Part shown: positions 1 to 11,000 of the stretch, piece by piece | Layout of the letters: the number at the start of each line of letters is the position of its first letter | How positions within the stretch are numbered: the stretch's first letter is position 1 | Assembly (NCBI GenBank): GCA_964057225.1 | Contig: OZ059894.1 | Span: forward strand, 9,610,001-9,674,000 | DNA length: 64,000 bases | Direction of reading: 5' to 3' | DNA from: Auanema rhodensis | Taxonomy: Eukaryota; Animalia; Nematoda | Translations under genes and position numbers: made by a program | Notes under the pieces: generated by a model | Database searches by the model: none | Seen by the model: only the letters and a program-made list of their open reading frames with translations | What the model was told of the DNA's origin: nothing

Positions 1-370
1 AACATGTGCCGTCTTCATCGTTTGAAAGTGGTGGACCCAGATTAATTGAAAATGAAGAAATGCTGATGTAAAGCTTATCTTAACATAAGAGTAGCATTAG
101 CAAAAATAATGAGATCAGAGATAAGAGATAAGAGAAGTAGAACTCACGACTAGAGAGGTCGCGATAAAACACACGGTTTGCTTAGAACTGCTTTTTCTCG
201 ACACCCACTGTTATTTATGACTTCGTACTATGCAGCTTTCTGTCGATTTTGCCACTAAGCTGGGACAGATAGACAGGAAAAGATATGAAAAATAATTCAA
301 AAATAAAAAAAGTACAATATGATTCACAAAATCATGTTATTGTATCGTTGTTGATATTTTTATTTCCCAG

Positions 371-3300
371 ATTCTCTTGCCCAGAATGGCAAGCTGGACC
401 ATGGTCTGCCTGTTCTGAGAAGTGTGGTGATGCTTTCCAATACAGATCCGTTACCTGTCGCTCCGAAAAGGAAGGAGAAGAAGGAAAACTCCTCCCCGCT
501 GATGTAATAGAATACATATAAGCTTCTATTTTAAAATTTCTTTAAGGCTTGTGATGCTGAAGCTACCGTTGAGACCGAAAGAACCTGTAACCTTGGACCA
601 TGCGAAGGACTCAAGTTCCAAACTTCTGAATGGAAATTGGTAAGAATTGTGGTTTCTATTATACATGTCTGCTTGTCTAACACATGAATGTGCCATAATG
701 TTGGCAGTTAGAACGAAAAAAGACTGTTTTACCAATATTAGTCAAATATGGCCCCGTGGCCTAATGGATAAGGCGTCGGTCTCCTAAACCGAAGATTGCA
801 GGTTCGAGTCCTGCCTGGGTCGAAATTTTGCATAAGCGTTTCGCTTTCATTAAGATTCCTATATAGCAGCTTTCATTAATATTCCTAACTGTTACGTTGT
901 TTCAGTGCTCCAAGTGTAACGATACTGAGGAAACTCGTGAAGTTAGTTGCACAGATACCAATGGAAGAGCCTATCCACTTGAGAAGTGCCTTGTCGACAA
1001 CACCACCGAAATCCCAATTGATACCAGGTATATTTAAAACAAATAAAAAATATTTAGCTATTGTTATTACAGATCCTGCGCCACCGTTCAGCCATGTCTT
1101 TACGAATGGACTGCCTCCCAATGGTCTAAGTGTTCCACTGAATGCGGACACGGACACAAGACTCGTCGTGTTGTCTGTGCTATTCATCAGTTGGGTGATC
1201 TCGAGGTTGTCGATGAAGGATTGTGCCAGGGAGAAAAACCAGGAGACCGTGAAGACTGTACCAACGAAGAAAAGTGTACTGGAACCTGGTACACTGGACC
1301 TTGGTCAGACTGTACTGAAAAGTGAGTTGAATAAGTTTCAAGCCTTAAAACTGTTGAGAATTATTCAGATGTGGGGGAGGAAAACAAGACCGTTTGACTG
1401 TTTGCTTAAACTACGACAAGAAGCCAGTCCCAGAATGGTGTGACGAAGCTGAGAAGCCTGCTGAATCCCAAGATTGTAACGTTGAGGAGTGCCCAAGTAT
1501 GCTGATTTTCTGAATTTATTTTACTAATTTTCTGGTTTCAGCTTGCTTTGATTCTGAGTTCGGTTGCTGCCCAGATAACTCTACTTTCGCTACTGGCGAA
1601 TATAACCTAGGATGCTCCAACTGCTCTGAGACCGAATTCGGATGCTGCGGAGATAACGTTACTGAGGCCACTGGAGCCAATCTTCTTGGATGCCCAGAAT
1701 TCGTCGAAAGTGAATTGACTGTCAGCGACTTGAAGGAAGCTGAAAGCACCAATGAAGTTGAAGGATCTGGAGATTCAGCTGCTGATGCAACTGAATGCAA
1801 TGTCACCAGTGAAGATGGAGATCAAGCTACTGTTAACTGCAAGGTTGCCAACATGACGAATGTTGAAGACCTTGAGCTTTTGGGTAATATTTCATGCTAA
1901 AACAATTGCTGTTTCAAATATTTATTTAAAGGTAATGAAACTATGGACGGTAACGCTACTATTCATTGTTCCAAGACTGAATTCGGATGTTGTCCCGATT
2001 GGTACACTCCAGCTTCTGGAAAGGGTAATGAAGGATGTGAACCATTTGTTCTCGGTATATTAAAAACTATTAAAAACTCACAAACATCTTATTTGTTTAG
2101 GAAACTGTAATGGAACTCAATATGGATGCTGTATTGATGAAGTTACTCTTGCTCGTGGACCCAACTACGAAGGATGCGGAGAACCATCTTGTGCAGCTTC
2201 CCTCTATGGTTGCTGTAAGGATCGTAAAACTATTGCTTTCGGGCCTCACTATGATGGATGTGAACGGTATTAAGGCATTATTGAAAAAACCTTCAACAAC
2301 TGCTTTATTTCAGTTCTTCTTTCCCATGTGAGCTCTCTAGCTTCGGATGTTGCCCAGATGGAGAAACTGCTGCCCTTGGAAAGAACGGAACTGGATGTGG
2401 AGAAAACTGCCTCACCACTAAGTATGCTTACTAATATGAAGATCATACTGTGAATTTGGTTGTTTAGGTATGGATGTTGCCCAGATGGAATTGCCACTGC
2501 TAAGGGACATCACAACGAAGGATGCGGATGTGAATACGCTCAATATGGATGTTGCCCAGACGGAAAGACTTCTGCCAAGGGATCTGGATTCGTTGGATGC
2601 CCAGAAAGCTGCGCTCAAAGTAATATTTATTCTAATAAAAATAAATAATTTCATACATATCATTTAGGTCAATTCGGATGCTGCCCTGATGGTAAGACCT
2701 CCGCTCTTGGACCACGCAAGGAAGGATGCCCATGCCAATACACCAGATACGGGTGCTGCCCAGACGGTGAAACCACTGCCCTTGGACCAAAGCTCGAAGG
2801 ATGCGACGACTGCCGTTATGGAAAGCACGGATGCTGCCCTGATGGAGTTACTAAAGCCCGTGGACCAAATGAACAAGGATGCCCCGCTACTACCACTCCA
2901 CCATTCATCATGGATGGAACCGTCTCACCACACAAGATTCATAGCTGCTCCCTTCCTCAACACGCAGGAGAGGTCTGCAAGGCCGGATACAAACTTGTAA
3001 GATAGAAAAAATTAATGCATGATATATACATATGAATTCAGAAATGGTCTTACGATATCAACGAGGGTCGTTGCGTTCAATTCTGGTACGGAGGATGCGG
3101 TGGAAATGAAAACCTTTATCAAACTAAGGAAATGTGCGAAACCATCTGTATCGAACCACCTGGCAAGGGACGTTGTTATCTTCCCAGAGTTATGGGACCA
3201 GAGCGTTGTGGACAAAACGTTGCAAGATACTACTACAATCCCCAAATCCACCAATGTGAGGCCTTCTGGTGGCACGGATGTCTTGGAAACGCCAACAATT

Positions 3301-5085
3301 TCGCGTCTTGGGAAGAGTGCAGCGTATGATGAAAGAAGTAGTGTGCCAAATAAAATATTATCTGTTTCAGACCTTCTGTAGAGATGTTACATTCTCAGAA
3401 GAAGCCTCAGCTCCTCCAGCTGCCCCAGTTGCTCCAATTAGCCCTGCTGAGCAACCTCGTTATGAAACTCAAACTATCGACATCGATGTAGCTGCTCCAA
3501 GCGCTGTTGACACCCGTGTTATGCGTAAGTATTAATTCTTATGAACTACTCTCATTAGTTCGTTATAGCAACCATGGAAGAAGTATGTCGTATGAATCTT
3601 GACGCCGGACCATGCCAAGATTACACTGAGCAGTTCTACTACGATGCCGCAAGAGGGACTTGTCAGCCATTCACATTCGGAGGATGTGGTGGAAACAACA
3701 ATCGCTTCCGTACTTCCGAAGAGTGTCTTCAGCGTTGTGGATTCCTCAACCCCAATGCAGCTGCTGTTGCCCAACAACACCTTCAACCAGCTCCACAACA
3801 TTCCCGCGTCGGTAAGACGATTCAAGTCATAACAGCCTTTTAAAACAAAAATATTTCAGAAGATCCAGCTCCTCCACCAGAGAGACCAGCTCCAATTATT
3901 CCCTGTATGTTCTATTTTTATTACAGAAATGATTTTTCGAAAAGAAACAATATAAAATCACAGAAAACCTAAAAATAAAAGAAAAAATTGTTTGAAAATA
4001 TCAAAAAGATGTATTGTTACATACCCTATCCCTTTGTTTCCTATGTTTTCTTAGTCTTATAGAAAGAGCACGCGTTTTTTATATATTTTCAAAATCTTTT
4101 ATCTTTTCTGTTCATGGATAGTTGATCTATGATGACGATGCATGTCTGGAATCATGTGTGTTTCAGCTACCCAAGGAAAAACTCGCGAGGCTTGCCACTT
4201 ACCAGTTGGTGTTGGAACTTGTGGTGGAAATTTCGATAGCTGGTACTACGAAGTTGCTACTGGCAGCTGTGTCAAGTTCAAGTATTCTGGATGCGGAGGA
4301 AACGGAAACAGATTCCACACTCAGGAAGCCTGTGAATCAATCTGTATTCCTGTCCCCGTTCAGCACGGTAAGTAAAGCATGTTGAAAGCCCTTAGTTTGC
4401 ATGTAAATTCTGTATTGTTCTGTTTATAACACTACTTCAACTTCAATTCCACTCCTACAGCCTTAATACTTAGCTTCAACAGCTTAATTGTAATTCAAAA
4501 ATAAAATATTTGTTTAAGATGGACCACCAGGTTCCAACACTGTTTGTGACGAGAATAAGGATTCTGGATCATGTACCGATTTCACCACCAAGTGGTTCTA
4601 CAACAAACTTGACGGTACCTGCCACAGATTCCACTATGGAGGATGCAAAGGAAACGGAAACAAATTCGACACAGAAAAACAATGCAGGGCTGCTTGCGAG
4701 AATCACAACGGTTAATCTTTAAAATATTATTTGATCTCACCCATCTATGCTCTTTTGCTTATTTATACTTTTCGAAGTCAAACTTCAAAACAAACCTAAA
4801 CTCCTTCTATTACAATTTCATATTAGTCAATTTCTTTTTTGAACTAAAATATTGAAAGAAATTTTTCATATTTTTTGAAAAACATGATCTCCATCATTGC
4901 TTCAACTTTCTTCAGATCGTTGCACTTTACCAATGATCAGAGGTCCCTGTGGTGGAAAGCACACCTACTATTATTACAACAAAGACACAGAACAGTGTGA
5001 AACCTTCACTTATGGAGGTTGTCTTGGTAACACTAATCGCTTCGCCACCATTGAGGAGTGCCAGGCTCGTTGTCCACGTAAGTAA
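371..5085 (+). CDS. mig-6: Papilin short isoform (MIG-6S-like, 6 Kunitz domains)
   Basis: After the 6th Kunitz, read-through of the donor (CCA C|GTAAGT at 5078) gives CPRK* at 5085; AATAAA at 5776. This matches the known 6-Kunitz short form of MIG-6. Confidence 0.8.
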
Positions 5086-8000
5086 GATGTTCATTCAGAC
5101 AACTTTTTCATACAATTCTACAAAATCTCTCAGTTAAAAGTCCGTTTAATTAAATTTGTTTAACTGATTCAGGTTTATGGTCTTGATATTAGAAAGTTGT
5201 TAATAGTAATTTGACAGTACAATCTTCTTTTACTTTCTTCTTCTTCTACTCTCCCAAATCTTAAAATTACACGTTGTTCATCACTTTATGCCGTTGTCGT
5301 AACTTGCCTTGAATCCTCCTCCATTGTGTTGGTACACATGCACACGCATAACGTTCTCTAGACCATTGTTATCATATTTTTTTTCCTGAAACATTTGAAG
5401 TAATGAATTCATTCAGCTCCTTCAAACATCAGGTAATGTATTCTACTCTTCTAATTCAGTTTTCTCTTTTTTTCCAATGAGGCATTGAGGACGATTTTGC
5501 GTGTGTATATGTGCGTACCCTTTTATCGAAGTATACCTTCAATCTAATAGATATTTGGTTATTTCTTCACATTTGTTTTGATTTTTCCTAATTTCCGCTT
5601 TTCTCTTTATACTTTCTGCGCTATTCATATCTTGCGCATAATGCTTACTATCATCTCTACTCTTCCAGTTTTCTCTAAATCTCTTTTTTTTCTATCTATC
5701 ACTCTATCTCGTCTTAGTATTCGTTCCTGAATGCTAATTATTGTTAAATTGATTAGCAGAAATCCATTTTTTTTCAATAAAGGTCTGTAATCGATTACAA
5801 ATTCGCTAAAACTGCAATTAAGTAAGACAGATTAAACAGCTTAACCTTTGTTCACTAACTTTTTTGTCCGCTTCATGTGTTTGCTATCCTGTTTTTAACT
5901 TTTTCGCTTTGCGTTTGTGTGTGTTGTGAATTGCTAACATTTATAGAACAACGTGAACGAGAACAACCATTAGCCAACTTGATTGCCCCGGGAGCTGCTG
6001 AGAATACTCTACTGCAACTGGTGCCTACCGATGCTAAAGATTTTCAAATAATCAACCATCAACAAAATACAGAACGATGTTTCTTACCTAAAGAAACTGG
6101 AAGATGTCGGTAAGTTAATGTTTCTGTGCTTCTACTAATTTCTGTGTGAATTCACTTCATCAGCTGAACACTATACGAACAAGAAAACACAAGTCTACAA
6201 AAATGAAAAGAACTATGAATTACAAAAGCTTATTGAAACGTTATTTACTTTCATCTTTGAAACGACAATATCAACCTGTGGACGCAAATTCCATTTTATT
6301 GTCCATTTCCGTGAATTTTCAACTCTAACGGAAGCTGCATTCGTTTTCATATCAATGACAACCAAAATTTCGACCCAGGCAGGACTCGAACCTGCAATCT
6401 TCGGTTTAGGAGACCGACGCCTTATCCATTAGGCCACGGGGCCACAAATTCCATTTTATTGTCCATTTCCGTGAATTTTCATCTCTTACGGAAGCTGCAA
6501 TAGTTTTCATATCATTGGCAACCAAAATTTCGACCCAGGCAGGACTCGAACCTGCAATCTTCGGTTTAGGAGACCGACGCCTTATCCATTAGGCCACGGG
6601 GCCACAAATTCCATTTTAAAGTCCATTTCTGTGAATTTTCAACTCTTACGGAAGCTGCATTGGTTTTCATATCAATGGCAACCAAAATTTCGACCCAGGC
6701 AGGACTCGAACCTGCAATCTTCGGTTTAGGAGACCGACGCCTTATCCATTAGGCCACGGGGCCACAAATTCCATTTTAAAGTCCATTTCTGTGAATTTTC
6801 AACTCTTACGGAAGCTGCATTAGTTTTCATATCAATGACAACCAAAATTTCGACCCAGGCAGGACTCGAACCTGCAATCTTCGGTTTAGGAGACCGACGC
6901 CTTATCCATTAGGCCACGGGGCCACAAATTCCATTTTATAGTCCATTTCCGTGAATTTTCATCTCTTACGGAAGCTGCAATAGTTTTCATATCATTGGCA
7001 ACCAAAATTTCGACCCAGGCAGGACTCGAACCTGCAATCTTCGGTTTAGGAGACCGACGCCTTATCCATTAGGCCACGGGGCCACAAATTCCATTTTAAA
7101 GTCCATTTCTGTGAATTTTCAACTCTTACGGAAGCTGCATTGGTTTTCATATCAATGGCAACCAAAATTTCGACCCAGGCAGGACTCGAACCTGCAATCT
7201 TCGGTTTAGGAGACCGACGCCTTATCCATTAGGCCACGGGGCCACAAATTCCATTTTATAGTCCATTTCTGTGAATTTTCTTCTCTTACGGAAGCTGCAT
7301 TGGTTTTCATATCAATGGCAACCAAAATTTCGACCCAGGCAGGACTCGAACCTGCAATCTTCGGTTTAGGAGACCGACGCCTTATCCATTAGGCCACGGG
7401 GCCACAAATTCCATTTTAAAGTCCATTTCTGTGAATTTTCAACTCTTACGGAAGCTGCATTGGTTTTCATATCAATGGCAACCAAAATTTCGACCCAGGC
7501 AGGACTCGAACCTGCAATCTTCGGTTTAGGAGACCGACGCCTTATCCATTAGGCCACGGGGCCACAAATTCCATTTTATAGTCCATTTCTGTGAATTTTC
7601 TTCTCTTACGGAAGCTGCATTGGTTTTCATATCAATGGCAACCAAAATTTCGACCCAGGCAGGACTCGAACCTGCAATCTTCGGTTTAGGAGACCGACGC
7701 CTTATCCATTAGGCCACGGGGCCACAAATTCCATTTTAAAGTCCATTTCTGTGAATTTTCAACTCTTACGGAAGCTGCATTAGTTTTCATATCAATGACA
7801 ACCAAAATTTCGACCCAGGCAGGACTCGAACCTGCAATCTTCGGTTTAGGAGACCGACGCCTTATCCATTAGGCCACGGGGCCACAAATTCCATTTTATT
7901 GTCCATTTCCGTGAATTTTCATCTCTTACGGAAGCTGCATTAGTTTTCATATCAATGACAACCAAAATTTCGACCCAGGCAGGACTCGAACCTGCAATCT

Positions 8001-11000
8001 TCGGTTTAGGAGACCGACGCCTTATCCATTAGGCCACGGGGCCACAAATTCCATTTTATAGTCCATTTCTGTGAATTTTCTTCTCTTACGGAAGCTGCAT
8101 TGGTTTTCATATCAATGGCAACCAAAATTTCGACCCAGGCAGGACTCGAACCTGCAATCTTCGGTTTAGGAGACCGACGCCTTATCCATTAGGCCACGGG
8201 GCCACAAATTCCATTTTATAGTCCATTTCTGTGAATTTTCAACTCTTACGGAAGCTGCATTCGTTTTCATATCAATGACAACCAAAATTTCGACCCAGGC
8301 AGGACTCGAACCTGCAATCTTCGGTTTAGGAGACCGACGCCTTATCCATTAGGCCACGGGGCCACAAATTCCATTTTATTGTCCATTTCCGTGAATTTTC
8401 ATCTCTCACGGAAGCTGCAATAGTTTTCATATCATTGGCAACCAAAATTTCGACCCAGGCAGGACTCGAACCTGCAATCTTCGGTTTAGGAGACCGACGC
8501 CTTATCCATTAGGCCACGGGGCCACAAATTCCATTTTATAGTCCATTTCTGTGAATTTTCAACTCTTACGGAAGCTGCATTCGTTTTCATATCAATGACA
8601 ACCAAAATTTCGACCCAGGCAGGACTCGAACCTGCAATCTTCGGTTTAGGAGACCGACGCCTTATCCATTAGGCCACGGGGCCACAAATTCCATTTTATA
8701 GTCCATTTCTGTGAATTTTCTTCTCTTACGGAAGCTGCATTGGTTTTCATATCAATGGCAACCAAAATTTCGACCCAGGCAGGACTCGAACCTGCAATCT
8801 TCGGTTTAGGAGACCGACGCCTTATCCATTAGGCCACGGGGCCACAAATTCCATTTTATAGTCCATTTCTGTGAATTTTCTTCTCTTACGGAAGCTGCAT
8901 TGGTTTTCATATCAATGGCAACCAAAATTTCGACCCAGGCAGGACTCGAACCTGCAATCTTCGGTTTAGGAGACCGACGCCTTATCCATTAGGCCACGGG
9001 GCCACAAATTCCATTTTATAGTCCATTTCTGTGAATTTTCAACTCTTACGGAAGCTGCATTCGTTTTCATATCAATGACAACCAAAATTTCGACCCAGGC
9101 AGGACTCGAACCTGCAATCTTCGGTTTAGGAGACCGACGCCTTATCCATTAGGCCACGGGGCCACAAATTCCATTTTATTGTCCATTTCCGTGAATTTTC
9201 ATCTCTCACGGAAGCTGCAATAGTTTTCATATCATTGGCAACCAAAATTTCGACCCAGGCAGGACTCGAACCTGCAATCTTCGGTTTAGGAGACCGACGC
9301 CTTATCCATTAGGCCACGGGGCCACAAATTCCATTTTATAGTCCATTTCTGTGAATTTTCTTCTCTTACGGAAGCTGCATTGGTTTTCATATCAATGGCA
9401 ACCAAAATTTCGACCCAGGCAGGACTCGAACCTGCAATCTTCGGTTTAGGAGACCGACGCCTTATCCATTAGGCCACGGGGCCACAAATTCCATTTTATA
9501 GTCCATTTCTGTGAATTTTCAACTCTTACGGAAGCTGCATTCGTTTTCATATCAATGACAACCAAAATTTCGACCCAGGCAGGACTCGAACCTGCAATCT
9601 TCGGTTTAGGAGACCGACGCCTTATCCATTAGGCCACGGGGCCACAAATTCCATTTTATAGTCCATTTCTGTGAATTTTCTTCTCTTACGGAAGCTGCAT
9701 TGGTTTTCATATCAATGGCAACCAAAATTTCGACCCAGGCAGGACTCGAACCTGCAATCTTCGGTTTAGGAGACCGACGCCTTATCCATTAGGCCACGGG
9801 GCCACAAATTCCATTTTAAAGTCCATTTCTGTGAATTTTCAACTCTTACGGAAGCTGCATTAGTTTTCATAGCAATGACAACCAAAATTTCGACCCAGGC
9901 AGGACTCGAACCTGCAATCTTCGGTTTAGGAGACCGACGCCTTATCCATTAGGCCACGGGGCCACAAATTCCATTTTATAGTCCATTTCTGTGAATTTTC
10001 AACTCTTACGGAAGCTGCATTCGTTTTCATATCAATGACAACCAAAATTTCGACCCAGGCAGGACTCGAACCTGCAATCTTCGGTTTAGGAGACCGACGC
10101 CTTATCCATTAGGCCACGGGGCCACAAATTCCATTTTATTGTCCATTTCCGTGAATTTTCATCTCTCACGGAAGCTGCATTGGTTTTCATATCAATGGCA
10201 ACCAAAATTTCGACCCAGGCAGGACTCGAACCTGCAATCTTCGGTTTAGGAGACCGACGCCTTATCCATTAGGCCACGGGGCCACAAATTCCATTTTATA
10301 GTCCATTTCCGTGAATTTTCATCTCTTACGGAAGCTGCAATAGTTTTCATATCATTGGCAACCAAAATTTCGACCCAGGCAGGACTCGAACCTGCAATCT
10401 TCGGTTTAGGAGACCGACGCCTTATCCATTAGGCCACGGGGCCACAAATTCCATTTTAAAGTCCATTTCTGTGAATTTTCTTCTCTTACGGAAGCTGCAT
10501 TGGTTTTCATATCAATGGCAACCAAAATTTCGACCCAGGCAGGACTCGAACCCGCAATCTTCGGTTTAGGAGACCGACGCCTTATCCATTAGGCCACGGG
10601 GCCACAAATTCCATTTTAAAGTCCATTTCTGTGAATTTTCAACTCTTACGGAAGCTGCATTAGTTTTCATATCAATGACAACCAAAATTTCGACCCAGGC
10701 AGGACTCGAACCTGCAATCTTCGGTTTAGGAGACCGACGCCTTATCCATTAGGCCACGGGGGCAAAAATCCATTTTATTGTCCATTTCCGTGAATTTTCA
10801 TCTCTTACGGAAGCTGCAATAGTTTTCATATCAATGACAACCAAAATTTCGACCCAGGCAGGACTCGAACCTGCAATCTTCGGTTTAGGAAACCGACGCC
10901 TTATCCATTAGGCCACGGGGCCACAAATTCCATTTTATTGTCCATTTCCGTGAATTTTCATCTCTTACGGAAGCTGCAATAGTTTTCATATCATTGGCAA

